A DNA stretch of 64,000 nt from Octopus sinensis (GCF_006345805.1 NC_042998.1:52204001-52268000), one strand, 5' to 3'; counted from the first letter of the stretch, positions 25,781-38,178 are shown. Notes: generated by a model not told the origin, from the sequence alone. A program made the numbers and translations.

Positions 25781-25998
25781 AAAGTAGGGAAATATCCTAG
25801 AGTCTTAATTTTTCAAGCCAATCACATAAAGAAAGGTAGTTGCCTCCATTTTGGAAAAGAGCTTCGTTTGGTTCAAAGAGACTCTTGGGAATTCATGTGA
25901 ATAAAACAAGGCTGTGTTTTCCAAAATGAAAGCAAGTACCTTTCACCATGAGATTGGCTAGAAAAATTCTTAAGACACTAGGGTATTTTCCTACTTTT
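25781..25998. mobile_element. Foldback MITE, about 80-bp inverted arms
   Basis: aaagtagggaaatatcctagagtcttaa...ttttggaaaa (25781-25858) is the inverted counterpart of 25917-25998. Confidence 0.75.
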
Positions 25999-26374
25999 CT
26001 TAACATGAAACCAATGGTAGCTTTAATTCACAAATAAAGAAATTATATCCACCAATGTGGTGTTGAGCACTCATTTTCCTCGTTTGACATTTACATACTC
26101 ACATATGTATGTGCATGTGTGTGTGTTTGTGCATGCATGTATATAATTGTATATATATTTATATATATCCAAATTGAGGCAGTAGAACAGGTAGAATGTA
26201 GGTTACATATGTTCCTTAGCCAGCTGATTCTCTAGTGTAATAGTTACTCAACAAGGTATGCAACTTAGCTGATCATCAAGGCAAGATTACCTAAATAAAA
26301 TGCACTTTTTGTTCCCTATACCTGTCGTGGACTGTTTGAAGCTTACAAACCTCCTATACTTGCATACCTAGATC

Positions 26375-26417
26375 TTATTCTTATATATATATATATATGT
26401 ATGTAATTGTACATATA

Positions 26418-26482
<65 letters not shown>

Positions 26483-26492
26483 GTAATTGTAC

Positions 26493-26524
<32 letters not shown>

Positions 26525-26556
26525 TATATATATTATATATATATATATATATATAC

Positions 26557-26593
<37 letters not shown>

Positions 26594-26595
26594 CA
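26375..26595. repeat. (TA)n microsatellite
   Basis: Visible run. Confidence 0.95.
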
Positions 26596-26599
26596 GGGG

Positions 26600-26770
26600 A
26601 AGAATTCACAAAAAAACAAAAGACGAAGACAGGTGGTGTTGACAACAAACAGATGTATTAGTTTAACGTTTGGGAAGTGAAAAAAGTCTTTAACATTTCA
26701 AGCCTACGCTCTTCCACAAAAAGGAACACAGAAAGAAACAAGGAGAGAAAGTAATGAGAAAATAAATATA
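26600..26770 (-). mobile_element. Penelope pLTR-like repeat with decayed hammerhead-like motif (second copy 28500-28680, +)
   Basis: Minus-strand ttgtgga-agagc gtag gctt-gaaa-tgt-ta-aag; downstream ttaaactaataca...cacctgtcttcgtcttttg is shared with 28610-28660. Confidence 0.5.
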
Positions 26771-26789
26771 TATATACATAATAAATGCG

Positions 26790-27032
26790 CCCTTTTAAAG
26801 CCTAGTCAGGCTCATGGGCCTGGCTTCCCAGTTATTATGGCGTATGTGTTCCCCAGCTGGATGGGATGCCAGTCCATTGCAGCGTTACTCATTTTTGCCA
26901 GCTGAGTGAACTGGAGCAACGTGAAATGAAGTGTTTTGCTCAAGAACACAACGCGTCGTCTGGTCCAGGAATCGAAACCACAATCTTATGATCATGGTGC
27001 TGACACCCTAACCACTAAACCACGTGCCTCCA
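26790..27032 (-). mobile_element. SINE family D, well conserved
   Basis: Minus-strand head ggaggcacgtggtttagtggttagggtgtcagc...ggtttcgattcc with A and B boxes. Confidence 0.85.
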
Positions 27033-27043
27033 CATATATATAC

Positions 27044-27140
<97 letters not shown>

Positions 27141-27649
27141 ATATATATATCTTTTATTTTTTATCTTTTACTTGTTTTAGTCATTTGACTGAGGCCATGC
27201 TGGGGCACTGCTTTGAAGGGTCTTAGTCAAACAAATCAACCTTAGGACTTTTTTTTAGGCCTAGTACTTATTCTCTTAGACTCTTTTGCTGAACTGCTAA
27301 ATTATGGGGGTGTAAACACACCAACACTGGTTGTCGAGTGGTGGTGGTGGGCTAAACACAGACACAAAGATACACACATAGATATACATACATAATACAT
27401 ACATATACACACACACACACACACACACATATATAAGGAGCAAATATTCAGAAGTGAATATTTATATAAATATTATTATTGTTATTATTATTGAGGGCAA
27501 TATAAATAATTGATAATAACAGCAATAATAATATAAGTGGTTATATGCCTAAATTAGCGTTATATAGCCATTTAATTAAAATTCATATCATAAGGGTTTA
27601 ACTTTTATATCTAGAAGGTTGATGATTTAGTGTGCTCTTACGCTATGAA

Positions 27650-27715
<66 letters not shown>

Positions 27716-28685
27716 GACAGGCTCAAGGTGCCACAATAATATAGTACTATATATAATATATATAGTAGTAACTAAATAGTTTAGCCTGTGAATGAATAAA
27801 TTCATTCATAGATAGTTATTAGTCATTTGAAGCAATTCATTAACGATGTAAATTATAATTGGGTTGAACAAATATTTTGTGGTTTAACATCTATTTACCA
27901 TGTCAGATGGATTTTAGCAGCAAGTTGTTTGTGGTAGAATTTTATAGATACACACACACACACACAATGAGGCTCCAGAAGGTTTTGTTGACCAAATTCT
28001 TTCAGAAGGGGGTTGGCCAATTCCTTAGTATAGTAAAATGACACTTACCCACAATGACATGCAACAGGAACAAACCAGAAACTTCTGGGTTAAGAACTAA
28101 ACTTAACTGCTCAACCATGCCTGTATCTATATACATGTACAAACACACACACACACACATCATTATCATCATCATCATTAACACTTAATTTCAGGTATTT
28201 TTTATCGTATATTTTTTGGTTGTTTCTGCCATTAGACTGTGGCTATGCTGGGGCACTGCCTTTAAGAATTTTTAGTTGAATTAATTGACTCTGCTACTTA
28301 TTTTTTTTTTCTAAAGCCTGGCACTTATTCTATCAATCTCTTTTGCCAAACCACTAAGTTACAGAAACGTAAACACACCAGCACCAATTGTCATCTTGTG
28401 GTGAAGGTCAAACACAGACACAAAGACACATGTATGCACACACAAATGCATACACACACAAACGTATACACACACGCATGTATATTTATATATATCATCT
28501 GAACTGTTAATCTATTTTTTCGTTCTCTCTCCGTTTTTTTCCTCGTAATCCTTTCCTGTTGAGGAGCATAGGGTCAAAAGGCAAAGGCTTTTCCATTCTT
28601 CCCAAGTGTTAAACTAATACACCTACTTATTCTTCCTACACCTGTCTTCGTCTTTTGTTTTCTGTAAATTTGAACTATATATATA

Positions 28686-29110
28686 TCATCATCATCGTTT
28701 AATGTCTGTTTTCCGTGCTAGCACAGGTTGGACGGTTCGACCGGGGTCTGGGAAGCCAGGAGGCTGCACCAGGCTCCAGTCTGATCTGGCAGTGTTTCTA
28801 CAGCTGGATGCCCTTCCTAATGCCAACCACTCCGTGAGTGTAGAGGGTGCTTTTTACGTGCAACTGGCACAGGTGCCAGGGGAGGCTGGCAGTGGCCATG
28901 ATCGGTTGGTGCTTTTTATGTGCCACTGGCACAGAAGCCAGTCAAGGCGATGCTGGCATTGGCCACGTTCAGATGGTGCTTTTTACGTGCCACCGGCACA
29001 GAAGCCGGTCTAGGTGGCGCTGGCACAGCCACATTCGGATGGTGCTTTTTATGTGCCACCGGCACAGGTATCATGACTGCAATTTCCATTTATTTTGATG
29101 TTGATGTACT
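28686..29110 (-). mobile_element. RTE-tail element (family C)
   Basis: CAT tail, ctggatgcccttcctaatgccaacc, four ttt(t)acgtgccaccggcac-type subrepeats. Confidence 0.85.
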
Positions 29111-29434
29111 TGACTCAATAGGTCTCCTCAAATATATATATGTGTGTATGTGTGACAGGCTTCTTTCAGTTTCTGTCTCCACTCAGAAGGCTTTGGTTAG
29201 CCCAATGCTATTATAGGAGGCACTTGACAAGAGTTCCACACAGTGAGACTGAACCCAGAAACACTTGGTTGAGAAGCAAGCTTCTTATCACACAGCCAAG
29301 CCATGCCTGAGCCTATGGATAAAAATTAACTTCAGCAGAATTTGATGGAAATGGCCAAAGGAAATGCTGATAAGCATTTTGTCTGATATGCTAACACTGC
29401 CTTCATAAGGGATTTTTGTTTCTATATTTCTAAG

Positions 29435-29470
29435 ATCTTCAGAAGTGCAGAGCAACCAGTTATATTATCA
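29435..29470 (+). CDS. Candidate 36-nt exon
   Basis: tttttgtttctatatttctaag|...TCA|gtaagg; open in all three frames, so the phase is unknown. Confidence 0.3.
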
Positions 29471-30159
29471 GTAAGGAATGTCAGCACCGTGTTGCTTTGC
29501 TTGACTTATGACAAGTATAGAATGTCAGCATAGTAACTTAAACACACACACACAGCCCCCCCCCCCACTAACACACATACAATGAAATTTCAGCAGTTTT
29601 TGTCTACCAAATTTTTTTAAAACGGATTGGCCAACTCCCTGCTTAGAGTAAAAAGATACCCACAATGCCATGCAACTGGACCAAATCAGAAACTTCTTGG
29701 TTAAGAAATAAACTTCTTAGCTACACAACCATGCCGTATCTGTATACATGTACAAACACACACACACATCATCATCATCATCATCATCATTATCATCATC
29801 CTCAATATCATTTAACCTCCATAATCCAGGCTAACATGGGTTGGATGGTTAGACAGGATCTGACTAACTAGAGGGTCTCATTGCTCCCCAGTGTCTACTT
29901 TTGTATGGTTTTTGTGATATGGCTGGATGTCCTTCTTATTGTCAAACACTTTACAGAATGTACTGGGTAATTTTTCTTTATTTCATGGTACCACTAAGTA
30001 ATTTGCAAGACAAGACCCCATGACTGAGAGGGGATGCAGTAGTGAGCGGAGTGGTTTTATGCAAGGTACAGAGAGGCTAATGTTGAAAAAAATGGAGAAG
30101 GGAATAGATGTCTTGCTGTAGAGGATATACATGTGTACCCCAACTATCATCCCCTCCTC

Positions 30160-30620
30160 CTCTTGCTCATCATCATCATAATTATGGTCCTCCTCCTCCT
30201 CCTCCTCATCATCATCATCACCATCGTCATCGTCATCACCACCACCATCATTGTTGTTGTTGTCGTCGTCGACGTCATCATCATCATCATCATCATCATC
30301 ATCTTCTTCCTCCTCTTCGTCATCATCGTTGTCATCATCGTCATCATCATTACTGTCATTGTCGTTATTGTCATGAACATCCTCCTCCACCTCATCATCA
30401 TCACAAGCATCATCATCATCATTAACGGCCATGTTCCATGCTGGTATGAATCGGACAGCTTGACTAGGATCCAATAGCTCTAAGAACTGCATCACACTCC
30501 AATGTCTGCTGTGAAATGCTTTCAATGGCTAGATACTCTTCCTAATACCATCCACTCTATAGTGTGTACTGGGTGTTATTTTCATGCCACTGGCACTATT
30601 GAAGTCCCAATGTGGCTTGA
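30160..30620 (-). mobile_element. Family C element with about 260-bp expanded CAT/CCT tail
   Basis: Compound trinucleotide run 30160-30423 abuts ttaacggccatgttccatgctgg. Confidence 0.75.
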
Positions 30621-30829
30621 AAGTCAATAAACCCAGGGAGGAAGGATGTGGCCTCTGTGTTCTAGAGGGAAGTTGAAGTTTGGGGCAAGAGGTTGGAGCA
30701 GAGCAAGTTCATGTAGAGGAACTACATGGCTACTCACATTTAGGAGAGTAGTCACTTCTTCTGCTTCACAGCAGAAGAGTTAAGTTAAGTCCAGTCTCCC
30801 TGGTGGAGAGGATTGACCGGCAAACTCCT

Positions 30830-31150
30830 GTGCTGGTGCCACATAAAAGCACTTGTGGTGGTGCTATGTGAAAGTGCCTGTGCAGTATTATGTGAAAGAG
30901 CCCATGCGGTACCACATAAAAGCACCATGTAAAAATACCTGTGCAGCACCATATAAAACACCTGTGTGGTGCCACGTAAAAGCACTCTGCACGTTCTGTA
31001 AAGTGGTTGGCATTATGTAGGGCACCCAGCCATAGAAACCAAGCCAAATCAGACTGGAGCCTGGTGCAGCTCTCCGGCTTGCCAGCTCTGGTCAAAACTT
31101 CCAGCCCAAGCCAACATGGACAACTGACATTTAGTGATGATGATGATGAG
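30830..31150 (+). mobile_element. RTE-tail element (family C)
   Basis: gccacataaaagcac subrepeats, gtggttggcattatgtagggcacccagc, (GAT)n tail. Confidence 0.75.
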
Positions 31151-31279
31151 TGAGAATGAATTAGAGATACGGGTGAACACAAACACACGCACACACACAC
31201 ACAAGGTACAAGCTTTACTGTATAGTTAAGAAGTTTGTTTCTAAAACTTACCTTCTGAAAACAAACACTAATATATTAA

Positions 31280-31384
31280 TAGTTATCGCTAAGCTAATAT
31301 GGCTGTCCATAAATATAGGACGAAAGCTGCCATTGATTAGCTCCAAGAGGCCATCAGACTGCCATATTAGCTTGGCGATAACTA
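31280..31384. repeat. Small inverted-repeat element, 28-bp arms
   Basis: tagttatcgctaagctaatatggctgtc (31280-31307) vs gactgccatattagcttggcgataacta (31357-31384), 26/28 complementary. Confidence 0.8.
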
Positions 31385-31659
31385 ATAATATCCAGTACCG
31401 CTGCTGTTGTCTCCTTTAGAGAAATTTAGAAATGATAATATTTCTAAACACTAATATAGTTTCAGTGTATCTGTTATATGAAAACTCACATTATGCATTT
31501 TTTTTTCCGTATTTTTACTTCCATCTATATACAAATGCATGGAAAAAAAACCAACTATCTCTCCCTTATGTTCAAAACTGAATTTGTTGTATTTAAAAAA
31601 AAAATTTAAACATGTATAAAAATCTAATGCATTTTCAAACCTTTCTCATTATTTTCCCA

Positions 31660-31915
31660 ACACACATGTGCAACATGCATGCACGCATGCATGCAGACAC
31701 ACACACATACACACACACATGCACAAACACACACATTCAACACACTCACACACATGCACACATACAAACACATGCACAATACTCAACACACAACACACAT
31801 ATGCAATGCACACACATGTACATACATACACACAAACACACACATCACATGCACATGCAAGCACACACATACACACACATACACAACACAAACACACACA
31901 CATACACACACACTA
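31660..31915. repeat. Degenerate CA-rich microsatellite
   Basis: Visible run. Confidence 0.9.
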
Positions 31916-32449
31916 GAAGCTTCCCCAGTAGTAATTATTTCTGAAACTCATTCTAAACAAATAAACTAAATTTAAAGAAAACAACAAAAAAAAAATAAAG
32001 GTTATTTTTATAGATTTGTCAGAAAATTTGCAATGCAACAGAGAAAACTAGTTCAATTTCGTTAAAAAATTTCAAGTACATTTTGTGTGATTTTTCAAGA
32101 ATAATAAATTTCAAACAATAACATTATGAAACAAAAATGCAAATAGGTTATATAAATGCAGCATGCAGCATAAATATTGTTTAAAATTATAATATTATAG
32201 ATAACAACTTTTGATGTTACAGTTAAATATAAGTGGAGCATAAATATTGGTTTCATTGAAATGGCTGATATTTTTCATTCAGCATGTGTGTCTTCTCTTA
32301 TATTTAACAGATAAATGTAAAGCAGTCTGCATTCTATCAACTTTAAAAATTTGAGTTATTTTTCTTCAGCAAAATTACTGTCTATACACAGCACGTAGCA
32401 GTTTCATTTATTTATTCATTCATTCATTCATTCACTTATCCATCCATCA

Positions 32450-32720
32450 AAGTGGATGGAACTGGTAGAAGAGGGAGATCCAGGAAGACATGGGTTTGAA
32501 GTACTGAAGGACGACCTCAGGATACTGAATCATATGGGGGAGATCGCAGAAAGACTGAGATGCCTGGCACCTTGCTGTACTCAAGAGGACTCGTCCTCCA
32601 CAGTGAAAGTGTTAATGCTGCTTCCCCTGATGAAGAAGATTGGCCTGCAAGAGCCCTATGCCAGTGCCACATAAAAAGCACTCATACCGGCACCACATGA
32701 AAAGCACTGGTGATGTTACC
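32450..32720 (+). mobile_element. RTE LINE ORF end joined to family C 3' UTR
   Basis: VDGTGRRGRSRKTW / EVLKDDLRILN, then gccagtgccacataaaaagcac subrepeats; links family C to RTE. Confidence 0.7.
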
Positions 32721-33095
32721 CAGCCACTTGTGAAGGCCTCCAAAGTGAAGGTATCTAGAACCTTTGTTGCTGGCTCTCTCATTTTCATAACAACTGCTCC
32801 TGCAGTTGGGAATGACTGCTCCTTCAGCTTGGGGAATAACCAAAACTTACAAGGAACAGAGACTGAACTGTAGGGAAGGTGAGGAACAATTCTGGTGCCC
32901 ATCTCTGTTAAGTAGTTGGTTATCAGGATGGAACTGTGACATGCAATTCTCTTACTGCCATTTCCTTCAATCTGAAATGAAAATGTTCAGCTTGTTAGAT
33001 GTGTAATAATGATATACTAAAATTACAATAATGTAGCCCAGTCATAACTGCCTCCCCTAAAAAGATTAAAAACTTCTTGAATGCACTCTGTATAT
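32720..33095 (-). mobile_element. mariner transposase relic (internally deleted)
   Basis: IVPHLPYSSVSVPCKFWLFPKLKE...ATKVLDTFTLEAF, a decayed PPYSPDLAPCDFWLF motif. Confidence 0.7.
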
Positions 33096-33114
33096 AAGTA
33101 TGTGCTTTTATATA

Positions 33115-33326
33115 TGAGGGGATGCTGAAAAGATCCTGGCTTTAAGGGTATCAAAGGGCCTGGTTGGAGGCCCAGCCTTCTGACTTCTTTTACAGGGCTT
33201 AGGAAAACTGAAGGACCACTGCAATAAGTGTGTGATTCTGAGAGGGGAGTATCTTGAATAAAATCATAAGTAACTGATTTTGTATTTTCTTTTACCCAAA
33301 GCCAGGAACTTTTCAGCATTCCCTCA
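33115..33326. mobile_element. mariner-type MITE with TA TSD
   Basis: TIR tgaggggatgctgaaaagatcctggcttt / aaagccaggaacttttcagcattccctca; TA at 33113-33114 and 33327-33328. Confidence 0.85.
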
Positions 33327-33410
33327 TACATGGGTGTGTGTTTGAATTTTTTCCTTTGTTCCTTCTTACCATACATTATAAGTTAGTTCTTCCTAAATTT
33401 TGCCCCTCAG

Positions 33411-33423
33411 TTCCTGATGAGCC
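33411..33423 (+). other. Candidate 13-nt microexon
   Basis: ttcttcctaaattttgcccctcag|TTCCTGATGAGCC|gtaagt; consensus donor, branch-like ctaaat, TGC close to the acceptor. Confidence 0.35.
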
Positions 33424-34120
33424 GTAAGTATAACAGAATATATTTTGTTGGACTAAGGATTATGGATTATATATTTTTACATCATTATATTTATTACTCT
33501 AATATATTTATATATTTATGAGCCACACTGTATTGGCACTCTAGCAATTAATTTTGGGCTGTCAACCATCCTGTGCTATTATAGTCAAGTGAGTTGTGTC
33601 AGTCATATACTTGTTTACAATTTTTATAAATAACCTTCTGATACCATCATCTACAGTCTGAGAGAGAGAGAGAGGTGAGTTGATGAATTGTTAAATAGCA
33701 ATGAAATTACTTGGTTTGATTACCATTTTAAGCTGCTAAAAAAAATAAAATAATAGAACAACCCCTTTATGTGTTCTAATTATACAGTAAGACTAAATAT
33801 ATTGATTACCATTTTAAGCTGCTAAAAAAAATAAAATAATAGAACAACCCCTTTATGTGTTCTAATTATACAGTAAGTATATAAGTTCATGCATGGCTGT
33901 ATGGTAACAAGTTTGCTTTTCAACCACATGGCTTTGGTTTCAGTGCCACTGTAGGGTATTTTGGCTAAGTGATGACAAAAGCTTTGTGAGCAGATTTGGT
34001 AGACAGAAACTGAAAAAATAACCTGTCATATATATCTATGTATACATATATGTGTATGTGTGTGTATATATATATATATATTTAACAAAGTGGAGTTGTA
34101 AGGTACCGCACGAGTGGAAT

Positions 34121-34578
34121 TATATATGAAAGAAGGTTTGAAAATGCAATTTTAAAAGATGTTTATTCACTTAACCGGTTTCACTTTTTTAGAAAAAGAT
34201 TGTCAAAAATAACATGTAAAAGTTTTGTTGTGTTAGGTACTGGTTGTTACAAAATATTACAATACATATATACATTATTTGATAGTAATAAGAACATCTT
34301 AAAACAGTTTACAAGGGAAAATCTTGGGAAAATATAAAAATATTTAACAAGCTCATTAAAATATTGGGCACAAAAGATTACAATACATATATGCATTCTT
34401 TGATAATAATAGGAATATTATTATCAAAGAATGTATATATGTATTGTAATATTTTGTGACAACCAGTACCTAACACAACAAAGCTTTTACATGTTACTTT
34501 TGACAATCTTTTTCTAAAAAAGTGAAACCGGTCAAGTGAATAAACATCTTTTAAAATTGCATTTTCAAACCTTCTTTC

Positions 34579-34586
<8 letters not shown>
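34121..34586. mobile_element. Foldback element 2 with decayed hammerhead-like motif
   Basis: About 170-bp near-identical inverted arms 34121-34290 and 34416-34586; inner 35-bp hairpin 34377-34450. Confidence 0.85.
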
Positions 34587-34610
<24 letters not shown>

Positions 34611-35149
34611 ATTTCAATATGTTTGTTCCCACACAACACTTTTAGTGCTGTTGTCACTGCTGGATTGAATGGTACTGCCTAGGTGTCAAAACCATAATGA
34701 TATCAGTGAAGCAGCTGATGATGGAAGTATGTTGGATTGTTGGTATGACTGTTATATGTGGAATAGTGTTATAACACATCCTTTTGACATATATATGTGT
34801 GTGTGTGTGTCTGTATGTGTGTGCGTGTTATTGTCTCCTTGTGTTACCATAATGCAAGCAGTGTCCTTTACCAATATACTGTGATATTCTGGGCATGAGG
34901 AAATATCACCTTACTTGGAAACAGGCGAGGATTGTTGACAGGAAGGGCATCTGCTCATAGAAAATCTGCCTCAACTAATTTTATCCAACCTGTGTAAGCA
35001 TTGTAAAGTAGATATTAAATGATGAGGCTAATGATGATGACAACATCGATGATGGTGGTGGTGGTGATGATGATGTCAATGATGACAAAGATGATGATAA
35101 CAAGGATGATGATGATGATGAGGACAAAGATAAACATGGCGATGATGCT

Positions 35150-36270
35150 GTTCTGCACATTCATTCATGACTCGCACAATTCATTGCTATCTTAATGGTT
35201 ATTTGTACCTATTTGCACTTAAATTATTGTTGCATATCCAATAGCTCATACTTCATTTATTCTGATCTATCTATGCTAAACCTTCCATAATCAATGCCCA
35301 TATCTCACAATTAACTGTAGATGTGGCCTGCAAACACTCTACATTCTGTCTAAGTGGATCATACATTACTCACCACCTGTTTCTTTCTTTTTGACCAAGA
35401 CATACCTCCAACAGCTTAGAATGCTAATGGTCCACACTCAGGCTCAGTTTAGTTCTTAACCTTGTCTTGCTCCACTTTTGTATATCCGTTCTGAGAATGT
35501 ATTTCATTACATACCTGTATGCATCACTAACAGCAACAGCTCTGATCATTTGTCATTTCACATGCTCACACTCCTTGCCTCTTCCTTGATGTCAGCTGTG
35601 GCCTCCTTGTCTGCTACTTGTGCCAGGATTGTGACTCTGCCTTACTTCTATTCCAGTAGTGTGTCTTCTGCTGTATTGCGTCTTCAGCTGCATTCTTGCA
35701 ACCATCTCTGCCTGCTGGCATGCTACAGAAGCTTACAGTCCATTGCTGCCCTGTTTTGTCAATGTTGTCCTGGGACTGTCATTACTCATGCATGTGCCTT
35801 CCACAATCCCCCATATGGCCCTCCCATGGAATGGGGATATCGAATAAAACCAGCTACTTGGAGGTTTCTGAGATCAACAAAATGTCTGGTTTTAACGATG
35901 TTGATGTGACAATTTCTCAGAAATTTCAGCTGCTTCCCCAGGTTCTCACATATACAGGTAAGACTAATTTTAATCTTGGGTATACACATATATATAGTTT
36001 TGTGTATATATTCATGAGTGCAGATATACATTCTGTAAATTCTCATCTTGCATTCACCTCTTCAGACATGTATACCATATTTTCCAGCATACAAATCTAT
36101 GTAGTACATCGTGTAAATATGTAGTGGAAACATCCAATCATTGCAACTATCCTTCCAAATCCTTCAGCATTTCACGTAAAATTTTTGGTCCTCCAAAGTC
36201 ATCATGGACCTGCCATTTTTAGCTGTAAATTTTGATCTGAAAAATTTGACTTGTGCACCAGATAATAAGG
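35150..36270 (-). mobile_element. Decayed pogo/Tc2-like DNA transposon (family of 3130-4085)
   Basis: Shared block ttctgtaaattctcat.ttgcattca.ctctt...ttttccag.atac and terminal gtaaattttg.tctgaaaaatttgacttgt. Confidence 0.45.
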
Positions 36271-36904
36271 TACATAGTTTTATTCAGATAAGTATGCGTC
36301 AATATATTTCAATGGTTGTTTGTAAATATATAAAATATATAATTTGTCTAAAGGCATCTAACTTGACAGTGTCTTTTAGATTTCTATGGTGATTCTCTTT
36401 TGAAATATATTATCTCCATTTCTATGAAAGAAACCACCAGTTTTCTGCAATCATTAATGCTTTTTAAATTCAGCTAATGAAAGGAATTTTATTTAGTCAC
36501 TTGACTTAGTGTAATCTGTGGGATGACGTCAGCAGCTGGGGAGCTGACTGGAAGAAGGGTGCAGGAGTGATGCACGCACAGGCAGGGGACGATTGGGCCT
36601 TTTCAATCAGGGTAGCCAACAGTGCTGGACGTGTGAGCACTTAGACAAGGTAAGGGAAAAGCAGCTGCTATTTTTAGCATTCGGGTTGGGCCACATGGAA
36701 GGGTGTGTTACCGCTGGAGAGGTCTGCATCGACTAAGAGAAAGTAGGTGCCTTTACTTCAAATATCCCGCATACACCACATAATCTGTACACTCCTGAGT
36801 CATAGCATTGGCTTCCTGGTTTCTGAGGTCCATATACACACTCCTGGATGGGACATTGGTCTGTGACACAATTACTTATTTCTGCCAGTAGTGTGGACTA
36901 AAAA

Positions 36905-37155
36905 AAGAGTAAAGTTCCCTCAAGTCGTACTGACTCATAAAGGCCAATATCCTGGTTTCATGGTATGTATATTTCCCACCTGGATGGGATGCTGGCCCAT
37001 CACAGGATTACTCATTTTTGCCAGCTGAATGGATTGGATCAATGTGAAATTAAGTGTTTTACTCAAGAAAACAATGTGCCACCTGGTCCTAGAATCGAAA
37101 CCACAATCTTACAATCATGAATCGAATGACCTTAGCCACTAAGCCATGTGGCTGC
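36905..37155 (-). mobile_element. SINE family D
   Basis: ttactcatttttgccagctga...aagtgttttactcaagaaaacaa...gaatcgaaaccacaatcttac. Confidence 0.8.
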
Positions 37156-38053
37156 ACATCAACAGTCATATCTAGATGAACAAATTTCTTATCTTTAAAG
37201 TGAGGGTTGTGCATTGTGTGTCTTTAATCTTAAGGACAATAATATACTCCGCAAAAAAAAACAACAAAAAAAACCAGATAAAATAAACAAGACAACAGGA
37301 GGCACACATATTGAAATGTCAATCAAATGCTTCACTTAATTAGCTAGCTTCATAAATTCTCATCAAGGAGAGCTGACTAAGCTTATGTAATAACATCAAT
37401 TAAAAAAATTAAATATTTCATATGCATCACTATAAAAAGCTAAAAGTTGAAAAAAAACAACAACATAAAAGATAACACGAGAGAATTGGCATCTTTTCAA
37501 AGATTCAAATCTGGTTTAGCATCCGACTTCAGTGCAAGTCTAAAACCACAGATGTTTGCTTAGTTTTAGTCTACACTGTGTATGTGTGTGTATATATATG
37601 TGTGGATATGTGTTGGTGTGTATATATGTATTTATGTGTCTTTATGTGTGTGTGTGTGTGTGTGTGAAATAATTAACATCAAGAGTAAATCATCTGGTGG
37701 TGTAGATGTGGTAATTAGTGTATAAGTAGAATAATGTAGCACATCAGAGGACATATTAATTAATTAATTCTATATATGAATATATGTCACGCCTTGCTCT
37801 AAAATAATTTCGAGGTTATTACTCCTTAGAGACTGTTACAAGTCGTCAAAACACCAGTTCTGTTCTGTACGACTGGATAAATTTATGCTGGAATATTAAC
37901 TGGTGTGTATGGACTTTTAAGCAAATAACTGAACACACATGCACACGTGTGTATGTGTGTGCATGCATATCTGTGTGTATGTCCGTGTGTGTGTGTGTGT
38001 GTGTTTGTGTGTGTATGTCTGTGTGTGTATGGTGCATGTGTATACATATTTAT

Positions 38054-38105
<52 letters not shown>

Positions 38106-38146
38106 TTATAAATATGTATATATATGTGTGTGTGTGTGTGTGTATG

Positions 38147-38177
<31 letters not shown>

Positions 38178-38178
<1 letters not shown>

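Noticed and set aside
26990-27032. tRNA-like sequences (also the heads of SINE A copies)
   Set aside because: A/B-box heads run straight into SINE bodies; no complete cloverleaf
27823-27937. 38-codon open frame HLKQFINDVNYNWVEQIFCGLTSIYHVRWILAASCLW*, phase-compatible with exon B
   Set aside because: Acceptor lacks a pyrimidine tract, and an ORF of this length is expected by chance; not called without RNA data
33413-33445. CTGATGA hits at 33414, 8278, 21913 and 32627 as hammerhead cores
   Set aside because: No stem II-GAAA or stem I partner follows
35478-36124. ORFs of 143 and 142 aa on +
   Set aside because: Antisense readings of a decayed DNA transposon
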